DNA from: Okamejei kenojei
Taxonomy: Eukaryota
Length of the DNA stretch: 64,000 nt
NCBI GenBank assembly: GCA_035221665.1
Contig: CM069135.1
Span: 33,604,001 to 33,668,000, forward strand
Reading direction: 5' to 3'
Shown: positions 24,105 through 36,299 of the stretch, piece by piece
Layout: every line of letters starts with the position of its first letter
Position numbering within the stretch: the first letter of the stretch is position 1
Notes under the pieces: model-generated
Seen by the model: the letters and a program-made list of their open reading frames with translations, nothing else
The model's database searches: none
Told to the model about the DNA's origin: nothing
Position numbers and translations under genes: made by a program

Positions 24105-25143
24105 AAACCCACTGACTCCCATGGCTATCTGGATTACACTTCTTCCCACCCTGCTTCCTGTAAGAACGCTATCCCCTACTCCCAATTCCTCCATCTACGC
24201 CGTAGCTGCACTCAGGATGAGGTGTTCCAAACCAGGGCATTGGAGATGTCCTCATTCTCTAGGGAATGGGGGTTCCCCTCTTCAACTATAGATGAGGCTC
24301 TCATCAGGGTCTCCTCTATATCCAGTAACTCCACTCTCATTCTCCATTCCCCCCCGCTCGTAACTAGGACAGAGTCCCCCTTGTCCTCACCTTCCACCCT
24401 ACCAGCCGTCACATGCAACAGATAAACCTCCGACATTTTTGCCACCTCGAACGGGATCCCACCATTGGCCACATCTTCCCATCTCCTCCCCTTTCGGCTT
24501 TCCGCCGAGACTACTCCCTCCGTAACTCCCTGGTCAATTCGTCACTTCCCACCCAAACCACCCCCTCCCCTGGTACTTTCCCTTGCAACCGCAGGAAATG
24601 CTACACTTGTCGCTTTACCTCCCCCCTTGACTCCATTCAAAGACCAAAGCAGTCTTTCCAGGTGCGTCAGAGGTTCACCTGCACCTCCTCCAACCTGATC
24701 TATTGCAATCGTTGCTCCAGGTGTCAGCTGCTCTACATCGGTGAGACCAAGCGTAGATAACCAACTTGATCTCCCGGTGGCTCAGTTCTTCAACTTCGCT
24801 CCCATTCTGAATCTGACCTTTCTGTCCTGGGCCTCCTCCATGGCCAGAGTTAGTCCCACCGCAAATTGGAGGAGCAGCATCTCATAATTTGCTTGGGTAG
24901 TTTACACCCCAGCAGTATGAACATTAACTTCTCCAATTTCAGGTAGTGCTTGTTTTCTCCCTCCTTCCACTCTCCTTCCCAGCTCTCCCACAGCCTACTG
25001 TCTCCATCACATCCTATCTTCTTCCCGCCCCCCTCCCCACCCCCACATCAATCTGAAGAAGGGTCTCGACCCGAAACGTCACCTATTCCTTTGTTCCATA
25101 GATGTTGCCTCACCTTCTGCATTTCTCCAGCAATTTTGTCTAC
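24105..25143 (+). mobile_element. Penelope-like element (Neptune-type), 5'-truncated: RT thumb, Cys-rich linker, GIY-YIG
   Basis: KPTDSHGYLDYTSSHPASCKNAIPYSQFL, PCNRRKCYTC linker, [27 protein letters not shown], then the terminal repeat. Confidence 0.92.
25053..25080 (+). ncRNA. Minimal hammerhead-ribozyme-like motif in Penelope terminal repeat
   Basis: CTGAAGA-A-GGGTC-TC-GACCC-GAAACGTC. Identical core at 27732-27759 and near-identical at 61076-61103. Confidence 0.55.
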
Positions 25144-26399
25144 CTTCAAGTTGCCGGCAGTCGCCTGAAAAACCGGCAACTGGAACGGCGACTGTCAGAG
25201 TGGAACACACACACACACACACACACACAGAAACATATTGCTTCCTTCACCAGCCCGTTATGCAGGCGGGGAATAGGGCAAGCGGTGGAGCGCTGTATGA
25301 GTGAAATGTACATGGTGTAAAGCCAATGCGATACAGACACACACCGCGATGAACAGGAAAGTTGGCGCTGTAATTAAGATGGCTACAGCACAGTGCACAG
25401 TGCACAGTGCACAGTGCACAAGCACAGTAAGTCCTTTAAAAGAGGGGGGAGAGGGGAGGGAAAGGGGGAGAAGGAGTGGAGACAACTGTTAAGGAGCCAG
25501 AGAGACGCGGCTGTGAAGCTCGGTGGACATTTAACATTACCCAGTCGGTTATCCTTGGTTCTGAAAACTACTGCTTGTTATTTTTTCCCAATGAGCCAAT
25601 GAAATTCACTGGTCAGCACCGGCTACAACCTACGAGAACCTTTGACCTCCTGGCAACCCACTAGGACCTCCTGACGACCCACCTACGGCACGAGAAATCT
25701 CGCTACTCTTCGTAGCGGCTTCATTCTAGTCATGTTGAAAAATTTGCGGCGACCATAATGAGGCCGCGACTAGTTCCCAGAATGCGGGAACTCCTCATGA
25801 CCACGAAGGCAACTCCCCGGCAACCACCCGCGAACATGTGGCGACCATGTGGCGACTGCACAGTCTCCTGCAGTTGCCTACAATGTTGCTTAAGTGGGAC
25901 AGACCCATTAGTTGGGTCTGTCCCACTTGGAAGAAAAATCATCCCAAGTGGAATGGAAACCCCCAAGCCATAAACTCCCAAAAGGGTTTCTGTAAAATGA
26001 TCAACAGAGGGGATGATTTGGATAGAGCTTTGAGTCAGGGCAGGTTCTGACAGTTACTAAGTAATTGAGTGAAGTATTTAAAATCACAAGAACTCACAAT
26101 ATCAGAGTCATGAGATGACCAAAGCAGTGGATCTCTTGACTATGTTTCACTTACACTAAATTGAACTGGGAAACTTTGGAATTACCCAGGTTGAACAAAC
26201 GGCATGCAGACAAGTCTTAGGGATGGACTTTTTCTCTGCAGAGATTGTCCCTTGTTCACCCTTACAAATATTACAATAAATCGTTGCTCATAAATAGATA
26301 CAAGGTGAATTGGTAAATATGAGGTTAAGTTATCTGTTTTATTTCAGCTGCAGCTCTGTTCTCCTGGACTTGGTCGGCTCAGCCAGTGATCCAGCTGTG

Positions 26400-26900
26400 C
26401 TTGGAGTATTGTGCACAGTTCTGGCTGTCCAGCTATATGTAGTATATCATTAGGCCTGAAAAGGTGCAGAAAATATCCATAAGATGTTGTTAGAACTGGA
26501 AGGCTTGAGATCTAAGAAGAGGCTGGTTAGGCTGGGGCTTTTCTTTCCCTGGAGCATAGGAGGCTGTAGCGTAGAGTTTGGGGTGACATTATAGAGCTTT
26601 ATAAAATCAAGTGGTGCACAGATAAAACTATATTGCATAGGTTTAAGGTGAGAAGGGAAAGATTTAAAAGGGACCTGAGGGGGCATCTTTCTCACACACA
26701 TGGTGGTGTGTACATGGAACAATCTCATTGCAGAGGTGGGTACAAAATAGGACATTTAAAAGGCACATGTGGCCACACTATGTGGATCAGAAAGGTTTGG
26801 AGGATCATGGGCCAGGTACAGGCAAAAGGTTCTAGCTTTGTTAGGCAACTTGGTCGGCACGGGTGAGTTGGACCACTGGGTCCTATTTCCACGCTGTATA
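26400..26900 (+). mobile_element. Old CR1 3' fragment
   Basis: ttggagtattgtgcacagttctgg (LEYCAQFW) and RFKVRRERFKRDLRG motifs; 3' UTR. Confidence 0.75.
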
Positions 26901-27254
26901 GTGTACTAAGTCTAAGAACTTTGCAAACCAGGTGGATTTCTGATGGGCACGTCATAACTAAGTATGGACAGTGGGTCAGGCAGCATTTCTGGAGAACATG
27001 GATAAGTGACATTTTGGATGGAACATTTCTTTAGTTTGAGTTACTCCAGCACTTTTTCTTTTTTGTAAACCAGCATCTTCAGTTCTGTGTTTTTACACCA
27101 GTAATAATTATTTGGAATATGCACAATGTCCATCCTGTTATATGGACAGTGGAGAGGCTACCCTTTTCCTCTTTCACTTGCCTCTTGGTGCTTCACTATC
27201 CACCTTGGGATCTCATTAAAAGTTGCAAAGCTCTTAATGGGCTGCATAGAGTAA

Positions 27255-27465
27255 CTATAGGGAGGATGTGAGTCTCTTGCCCAGAGTAGGGACTATTGCA
27301 ATGTTTAAGAAACAATTTGACAGGTTAATGGATAGGACAGGTTTAGCGGGATATCTGCCAAATGCAGGAAAATGGGACTCATGTAGATGGGACGTGCTGA
27401 TCTGCGTGGGCAAGTTGAGCCAAAGGGCCTGTTTCCACACTGTATAACTCTATGACACTATGTGT
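27255..27465 (+). mobile_element. CR1 3' UTR fragment
   Basis: Ends gggcctgtttccacactgtataactctatgacactatg. Confidence 0.75.
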
Positions 27466-27730
27466 TCCTTGGTCAAGTAGTCTAGAAACAATTATCACGG
27501 TCTCAGAATAAAGGGAAGGACAGCTAGAATTAATCTGAGGAAACATTTCTTTACTCAGAATTGTGAATCAATGGAATTTGACCGAGTTGGTTCATTCCAA
27601 ACAGAGATGCAGAATTTTGGGAACATTAAGGGACGTAGAGATGTTTCAGAAATTCAGTGCTGAAGTAGATGATCAACTATGATATTGATGAGTGGAGGAT
27701 CAAAGCCAGAGGGCCTGATGGCTCACTGCA

Positions 27731-27825
27731 ACTGAAGAAGGGTCTCGACCCGAAACGTCGCCTATCTCCTTCGCTCCTTAAATGCTGCTGCCCCCGCTGA
27801 ATTTCTCCAGCTTTTTGTGTAACCA
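27731..27825 (+). repeat. Solo Penelope terminal repeat with intact hammerhead-like core
   Basis: ctgaagaagggtctcgacccgaaacgtcgcctat...ctccagctttttgtgtaacc. Confidence 0.8.
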
Positions 27826-29113
27826 ACTATTATATTATATTCTGTTGGTATTGGTTTATTATTGATTTATAGGTCTCTAAACTACTTCCCTAGCCAATAT
27901 GGTAGTAGGCAAAGCAAAGGAAAATTGACCCAGTTAGTCCTTGATTCAAATTGATTCCTGAGTGCTTTAATGTCATTAATTTCTCACACTTTCATCTCCT
28001 GCAGAACAACAGTGGTATTTTTTAATTTATTAGTTACCATGTAATTACAATCCAGCTGAATCCAGACATTAAGGGTGGGTACTCGTCGTGTACAAGTGTT
28101 CCTTTAATGCCATCACTGTCACATTATTATGTTCTACTCCATTATTTTGTCTTCACCTAGGCAAATAAGCTCACTAGATATTTGCCCAGGGAAGTATTTC
28201 TCCCGCAATTAAAGACCGACTTTGCATGTTTTCACACCTGTAACCTGTGAAGCACCTCAGAAAAAATTCCAGACAGTATTATCAAATAAATATCGATGCC
28301 AAGCCATAAATGGACTAATCAGGGCAGATGACCAGAATCTTGGTTAGAGGTAGAGTCCTAAAGATGGTGAGGTGTTGAGGCTTATGGTTGGGTTTTGAGG
28401 CACTTAAGTCACAGCTGGGCAATGATGAGACAATTAAAGTTGGATCTGATCATAAAGCTAGAATTACAGAAGCACATGTATTTGAAGGTTACAAAGTGTT
28501 GGAGTAACTCAGCAGGGCAGGCGGTATCTCTGAAGAACATGGATAGGCGATGTTTTCGTTCTTCAGACTGAGTAATCAGTGAGCATCTGCAGTCCCTTGT
28601 TTCTACTCTTTATTAGAAAGGTTATAGGGCAAGTGAGGGTTACAAACATGCAAAGTGAAAAGACCATGGAGATATTTGTGAGGAAGCAAAAGTATTTTAT
28701 AATCACGACCAGTCTTGGCATAGAGCATATGTGTGAGTTGCGTCATGACCAGCAGATCTTCGGATGGCATCAGGTTTATGAAAAGAGGAACAAATGACCT
28801 GGGGTGGTTTGGTCTACAAGTAACATAGGCATGGATGCCTGTTGCAGCAGCAGATGAGCTGAGACAGGCAGTGTGGGACAAGGCTGTTCAGATTGCTCTA
28901 TGCCACAGCCACAGAGGCTTTCATTGATGGCTTTCATAAGAGCTATTTTTGATAATGTAGCAAGGACAGGGAATTCAAGCAACCAATTCTGCAATAATTG
29001 ACATGAATTAGGCAGGTTACAGGTTATGTTCAAAGACTGGAAGTAGAGTAAAGTTAGTGAAAGGGCAGTAATTTCCATGTCAAGAAATGCAATCCAATTT
29101 GGAGGATTTTGCT

Positions 29114-30418
29114 TAGAAACATAGAAAATAGGTGCAGGAGTAGGCCATTCGGCCCTTCAAGCCTTCAATATGATCATGGCTGATCATCCAACTCAGTATC
29201 CTGTACCTGCCTTCTCTCCATACCCCCTGATCCCTTTAGCCACAAGGGCCACATCTAACTCCTTCTTAAATATAGCCAATGAACTGGCCTCAACTACTTT
29301 CTGTGGCAGAGAATTCCACAGATTCACCACTCTCTGTGTGAAAAATGATTTTCTCATCTCGGTCCTAAAAGACTTCCCCCTTATCATATAACCATATAAC
29401 ATATAACCATATAACAATTACAGCACGGAAACAGGCCCTCTCGGCCCGTCCAGTCCGTGCCAACCATTTGTTATCCCCTAGTCCCATCTACCTGCACTCA
29501 GACCATACCCCTCCATTCCCTTCCCGTCCATATACCTATCCACTTTACTTTTAAATGTTAAAATCGATCCTGCCTCCACCACTTCTGCTGGAAGCTCATT
29601 CCACACTGCCACCACCCTCTGAGTAAAGAAGTTCCCCCTCACGTTACCCCCAAACCTCTGTCCCTTAATTCTCATGTCATGCCCTCTTGTTTGAATCTTC
29701 CCTACTGTCAATGGGAAAAGCTTATCCCACGTCTACTCTGTCTATCCCTTTCATCATTTTAAAAAGACCTCAATCAAGTCCCCCCCCTTAACCTTCTGCA
29801 CTCCAAAAGAATAAAAGACCTAACTTGTTCAACCTTTCTCTGTAACATAGTTGTTGGAACCCAGGCAACATTCTAGTAAATTCTCCTCTGTACTCCTCTC
29901 TATTTTGTTGACATCCTTCCTATAATTAGGCGCCCAAAATTGTACACCATACTCCAGAATTGGTCTTACCAATGCCTTGTACAATTTTAACATTACTTCC
30001 CTACTCCTATATTCAATGCTCTGATTTATAAAGGCCAGCACACCAAAGGCTTTCTTTACCACCCCCATCTTCATGCGATTCCACCTTCAGGGAACTATGC
30101 ACAGTTATTCCTAGATCTCTCTGTTCCACAGCATTCCTCAATTCCCTACCATTTACCATGTATGTCCTATTTTGATTTGTCCTGTCAAGATGTAGCACTT
30201 CACACTTATCAGCATTAAACTCCATCTGCCATCTTTCAGCCCACTTTTCCAAATGGCCCAAATCTCTCTGTAGACTTTGAAAATCTACTTCATTATCCAC
30301 AACCCCACCTATCTTAGTATCATCTGCATACTTACTTGAACTGTGACCCCTTGTTCTGGAGTTCCCTAACATCGGGAACAATCTTCCTGCATCTAGCCTG
30401 TCTAACCCCTTAAGAACT
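29114..30418 (-). mobile_element. CR1 subfamily A fragment (29114-29385 plus 30335-30418)
   Basis: Matches 32505-32880. The two parts join as cccccttatc|cttgaactgtgacc. Confidence 0.88.
29386..30334 (-). mobile_element. CR1 subfamily B nested inside subfamily A
   Basis: SKYADDTKIGGVVD...RPILEYGVQFWAP motifs; (atatggtt)n tail at 29386-29415. Confidence 0.9.
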
Positions 30419-31269
30419 TGCTCCTGTATTCCTCAGGTGGCCTTATGAGAAATATAACTGGTATTGCATCTCTTCCCAGTTGCTTCTTAGAACTGTTGTT
30501 TCTGCTCTGTATTCAGTAAGGAAAGGGTGTGTGTAAACAAGTGATGATGATGGAATGGTATTAAATGTTGCCTTTCCCATCTTGGCTAAACTACATTTGA
30601 TTATCTTTTAAAAAAATGATCCAGTAAAACGCCGCTAATCCAGAATCCAACCATCCAGAAATCCCAAAGTTTCAGCATCTGGCTGACTATATAAATATTG
30701 CTGTGGTCTCCCTGACTCGTCAGGGCCTAGGGTTCCCATGCTCCCTTCTGACCCGCCAAGGCTTTTGTTCCCACTCTCTCTTTTAACTTGCCGTTATCTT
30801 GGTTCCTACATTCCCATTCAACAAACCTAGGCATTCAGCTTCTATAACCTTTATACAAAAATCATTCAAAATTTGCACACCTTAAACGTTTGGAGAGGAG
30901 CAAAATAAGCATCTCTGGCAAATGCGTTTAACTCCCAAGTGGATTTACACTTCATTTAACATGTAACAAAAACAATATAAGACAACCCTTTCTGGCAAGT
31001 CTAAATCCATTTCTGAATGTATTTTGAACTCTGACTCTAGGTATACAGTGTCAATTTAATTTTGATACATTGCCAAGTCATTTTTTATCAGTGCAGTATG
31101 AATGCATCTGGCAGACCACATAACCTAAATATTGTGTTGAAATAATGCAAGCAAATGATATTTGCAACATTTTGTTTAAGAATGTATGAAGAAGCTTTAT
31201 TCTATGTATTGGCATAAATTTACACAACACTGTCAATTGAATTCTCTTGTCATTCGAACCTTGTCATAT

Positions 31270-32500
31270 CAAAAAATAGCCTACCTGCCAACCTAGACCC
31301 ACTGCAGTTTGCCTACAGAGCCAACCGATCCACAGAGGACGCAGTCTCAACAACACTGAACCTCGTACTGCCACACCTTGATCGGAAAAATACTTATGCC
31401 GGGATCCTCTTCATAGACTTCAGCTCTGCTTTTAACACAATCATTCCGCAGCAGCTGGTGGAGGTTGGAGTTATTGGGGGTTGATGCTGGCACATGTAAC
31501 TGGGTCCTGAACTTTCTATCGCAACGGCAGCAGTCAGGGTAGGCAGTAGGACATCAAAAACCATAGCCGTGAGCACTGGCTCGCCCCAAGGCTGTGTCCT
31601 AAGCCCCCTGCTGTTTAGTCTGCTTACACACGACTGTACTGCTGGACTCAACAACAACTTCATCAACAAGTTCGCTGATGACACAACAGTGGTGGGTCTA
31701 TCAGTGACAATGATGAGTCGGCGTACAGGATGGAGGTGGAGCTGCACACAGGATGGTGCAAATCCCACAACCTCATTCTCAACGTGGGAAAAACGAAGAG
31801 ATGGTGGTTGACCTTCTGGAGAGCGGGAAAAACAACGCCATAACACCTCTGCACATCGATGGAGCTGATGTGGAAAGGTCAGCAAGTGTGAAGTTCCTAG
31901 ACTCCACCTGTCAGATGACCTGACGTCCCACGACCAACACCACAGCACTGGTCAGAGAGCCCAGCAGCGACTACAAACCCTCTCCGAAGACTAACGGAAA
32001 GCAGGTCTCCCCCCTCTGCACACCTACGAACTTTTATAGGGGACAATCGAGAGCATATTAACCTACGGCATCACCACCTCCTGGTTCGGGAGCTGCAAGG
32101 CGTACGAATGGCACCAACTGGACAGGATTGTGAAGACCGCCAGCAGGATTATTGGTGCTCCACTCCCCTTTCCTGCTGGACATGTACAGGAAGAGGTGTA
32201 TCAGCAGAGCCGTCTCCATCATCAAAGACCCCTAACCACCCATCGCATCACATATTCCTCCATCCTGCCATCTGGGAAGAGGTACAGGAGCATCAGCTGC
32301 AAAACCAGCAGGGTGCTCCTCAGCTTCTTCCCGCAGGCTATAAGACTGATAAACGGACTTTGCCCCCTGCCAAAGTATCGCGCACCAAACACCAACCTGG
32401 ACACACTGAAGCAGAGCCATTGTCATGCCACTGCCGATTGGAACTCATGATATATGTATTTTTATTTTTATTTTTATTTATTTTTTACCACACACTGAAT
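31270..32500 (+). mobile_element. Rex1/Babar-type LINE, RT region, frameshifted
   Basis: [56 protein letters not shown] and LPSGKRYRS...SFFPQAIRL. Confidence 0.88.
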
Positions 32501-32504
32501 GGAC

Positions 32505-33025
32505 ATAGAAACATAGAAACATAGAAATTAGGTGCAGGAGCAGGCCATTCGGCCCTTCGAGCCTGCACCGCCATTCAATATGATCATGGCTGATCATCCA
32601 ACCTCAGTATCCTGTACCTCCTTCTCTCCATACCCCCTGATCCCTTCAGCCACAAGGGCCACATCCAACTCCCTCTTAAATATGGCCAACGAACTGGCCT
32701 CAACTACCTTCTGTGGCAGAGAATTCCACAGATACACCACTCTCTGTGTGAAAAACGATTTTCTCATCTCGGTCCTAAAAGACTTCCCCCTTATCCTTAA
32801 ACTGTGACCCCTTGTCCTGGACTTCCCCAACATTGGGAACAATCTTCCTGCATCTAGCCTGTCCAACCCCTTAAGAATTTTGTAAGTCTCTATGAGATCA
32901 CCCCTCAATCTTCTAAATTCCAGCGAGTACAAGCCGAGTCTATCCAGTCTTTCTTCATATGGAAGTCGTGCCATCCCAGGAATCAGTCTGGTGAACCTTC
33001 TCTGTACTCCCTCTATGGCAAGAAT
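32505..33025 (-). mobile_element. CR1 subfamily A 3' fragment
   Basis: ILAIEGVQRRFTRLIPG...RGDLIETYKILKG...FFTQRVV; (catagaaa)n tail on the plus strand. Confidence 0.93.
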
Positions 33026-33119
33026 ATGACACTGGTTGAGCAAATTTTTTTCGTTTCCTCTGGGTATGTAAGTACTCAGGAAAAATGATAATAAAGATAT
33101 ACAATACAATACAATACAA

Positions 33120-33940
33120 TAACTCAAAAGCTGTGATCGAGGACAGTCAAAAGCCCATAACTTACTTAAAAATTAAGAGTACTCATTGAAATGTTCAGTT
33201 ATTATAGATTGAAGCATTCTGAAACAAATATGAAACAATCTTACTTGGATCACCTGAAATTAAAGCATATAATTAGTTACCTAATTGTAGCTAATTACAA
33301 AATTCAAACTAGATCTAAACATCTATCCATTTCTTAAGAAAAGATAAACATTTTTAAATTGCCTGTGTCCAAATAACATTCACACAATAATTTACAATAT
33401 AACATGATTTTAAAATCTAATTTTCATGAATTTATAGGCCAAATGGGAGGAAATGTAGTGTTTAATTCCCGTAAATCAAGTGGGTTTTAGTGGAACGCGG
33501 TGGATTGGAACGTTGCGGCTTGCGGTGAATTTAACCCACAGTCGGCAGGGAAAACACTGCCGGTTCGTACATATTTTTTGTCCCCTTTTCGCAACATGAA
33601 AATTTGATTAAATGCTTCCTAAGAACCACGTTTCTATGTAAAAATATACTGTGTAGCTTCTTTTCTCACCCACGTAAGGCCCGTCTCGTTGTCGGCGTTC
33701 ACGGCTTTAGGAGATGATTTTTAAATTACTCTAGCTAATAAATAATTGAAAAATGTCTTCATAAATCAAATGTCGGAGCGATTTCTCTTTAGCGACGAAA
33801 TCCCCTGAGATGGATCGACTTGAATTATCTGGAGAAAAACGACACTTTAAACCCGCCCCCCCTCTGAAAGGCGCCAAAGTCGCGCACAAAGGGAGTGGCA
33901 GAACTGCAGCGCTGCTCAAGGTAAGTATTGCAACATACCT
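33120..33940. repeat. Unclassified insertion, possibly a non-autonomous DNA transposon end
   Basis: CpG-retaining segment (33480-33920) that ends sharply at aagtattgcaacatacct. Single copy in the window. Confidence 0.3.
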
Positions 33941-34709
33941 ACTAGTAGGGGTCCCCTGTTTTCTGTCAGCATGCTGTGCAAGCTAGTGGAAAAATTAGCC
34001 AGGCCCAAGACCCACAGAACCGTACAGCACAGAAATAGACACATGTGATCCATATTCATCATTCACTGCATATCAATGTGGCCATCTAAAAGCCTCTTAA
34101 ATGCCACCATCATATCTGTCTCCACCACCATCCCTGGCAGGGCATTCCAGGTACCTCACCAACCTCTGAGTGCAAAACAAACCTTGCCACACGTCATCTT
34201 TAAACTTTGTCCCTCTCACCTTAAAGTGTTCCTTTAATAGTTTTAATATCGCCAGCCTGGGGAAACAGGTTCTGACTGCCTACCTTTTCCACACCTCTCA
34301 TTCAGTTGCAGCAGAGCCTCTTGGATTCCAGATACACCTGTGAAGATGTCTGAAGGAGGAGATACTCGGCCACAGAGAACCACAGTATATGCCCACATAA
34401 GAGTCTCAGTAAAGTCATGTGGGGAAACGTGTCCAACGTTATCAGTGCATCACTCCATGAACCATTGCTGACAAAGAATATAAGGGAGGGATCAGTGCTC
34501 TCAGTCTTTCACAATATTTTGGCAAAAAAAAAGGAACACATACAGCTCTTACCACGGGATTCTTTTAATTCAATAGGGTTGTGTCCAGGCTACTCCAATG
34601 CCTTGAAAAATTGTTTTTTTTTTAACTCAAAGGAAATATTTTACCTGGAATTTGCACAAAAATATACAACTAATTGTGAGCATTACTTCTGATTGGCATA
34701 AATCCACAT

Positions 34710-34928
34710 TTTAGTTTAGTTTAGTTTAGAGATACAGCGCGGAAACAGGCCCTTCGGCCCACTGCGTCCGCGCCGACCAGTGATTCCCACACATTAACAC
34801 TATCCTACACCCACTAGGGACAATTTTTACATTTACCAAGCCAATTAACCTACAAACCTGTACGTCTTTGGAGTGTGGGAGGAAATCGAAGATCTCGGAG
34901 AAAACCCACGCAGGTCACGGGGAGAACA
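34710..34928 (-). mobile_element. HE1-like V-SINE, 5'-truncated
   Basis: Near-identical to 18090-18290; (taaac)n tail. Confidence 0.88.
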
Positions 34929-36219
34929 TTATTTAAGTTCCATTGCAAATTGTCGGCACACAAACCAAAAAAGGCCCTTGGAGATGACAAGACTTTAAGG
35001 AACATAACACAACAGTTTGAACCAACACCTTTGTCAGCAAGTGTACATGAAATTAAGAAAGCACCACTTTAAGGCTGTGAACACAATAGAAGTAAAGTAC
35101 CTACAGTTTGTACATTAAGTTTTATTTATCAAAAACATCAAGCTATAAATTGTGACCACAGTAGCATTGTATTATTTTACTTTGGAGTTCACTGTTCCTC
35201 CTGGCAGTGCCTTCTCAATAAGTAGTTTGAAAAATGCCTTAGATTTTGGACCGTTACCTCCTGTTGTAACTTTATGGATCACTGTGAAGGTTGCACATGA
35301 ACTAGGTGATTGACACACCAATTTCTGATTTAGATCCTGAACAGATATTAGGATCATCATTAAAATATGTGAGGGACCAAGCATCTGTTTTAGGTAGCTG
35401 CCGAAATCGATACAGTACTAGGCAGTCCTCTGATCACTTTGTAACCAGTTCTCTGGCTAGAAAATGCTAAGTCCTATTTTGCATCATCACATCTTTGTTG
35501 TCACATGCACTTCTACCTCTGTGGAAATACCTCTGGCATTACTAATCATGAATCAGGAGGATAGTCCTGGCCACCAAATGCATTTAGATTCTGGCTTTAT
35601 GGGATTGTGCTCCAGGTTTGCAAAGAATACAGTCTTTTTTATAGCTTGCTGGATATTGGACTCAGTCACGCATATCATTAGCTGATTAGTATGAATCACA
35701 TATTTCATGCTAATCAGATGAGAGCATTTTCATGCACGTACAATTGAAAAGTATTCAAATAGTATTCCAGCTTGATTTCATTGTACTCGGAGATCCGTAT
35801 CAGTTTATAGAACGTCCTCTCTTAATTTCTACAATTGCTTCGAGAAGGAAATGCAATACATGGTTCTTTTGAATAGAATGTTAATTGCCTCCTTGATGCA
35901 ATGCTATATCTGACATTGAAAATGTCATCAGATATTGTCTGAAAGGAGCAAATCACAAAGAAATTCCACACAGCAATGACACTGGTTTGTAAGTGTTCAT
36001 CATTTGTCATGGTGAACAAGCTTTGGTACATTCAAACCAAGACCCCTTCTTCCATATTTTCTACTGAGTGCCATGTGCCTGAACATGGAGTGAGTCTGCT
36101 GAGAATATCAGAGTTATGGGGTGCGTGATCCTGATCAGGTAAGTGCACTGGTGGATGAAGTGATGGAGATCACTGCTTCCGTCATACATTTGAGGCCAGA
36201 AGTGTCATAACTGAGTAGT

Positions 36220-36266
36220 AAATTGAGAACATTATAGTAAAAATTGAGAACATTATAGTAAAAATT
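36220..36266. repeat. 21-bp tandem duplication
   Basis: aaattgagaacattatagtaa x2 plus a partial third unit. Confidence 0.85.
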
Positions 36267-36299
36267 GGAAAGAGCCATGGTCTTCAAGGGAAATTGGAC

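Larger units (their letters stand above)
24072..25907 (+). mobile_element. Harbinger-like non-autonomous element split by a Penelope insertion
   Basis: TIRs tggacctgtcccacgtaggcgac and gttgcttaagtgggacagaccca; flanks taa/tta. The host sequence gcgac|cttcaag is contiguous in the 22209 copy. Confidence 0.75.

Noticed and set aside
30013-30381. ORF with apparently rearranged RT motifs
   Set aside because: Chimeric reading across the junction of nested CR1-B and CR1-A at about 30334.
30630-30900. Possible Tigger/pogo-like end (cagtaaaacgccgctaatcc)
   Set aside because: No matching second TIR or TA duplication found; too degenerate to support.
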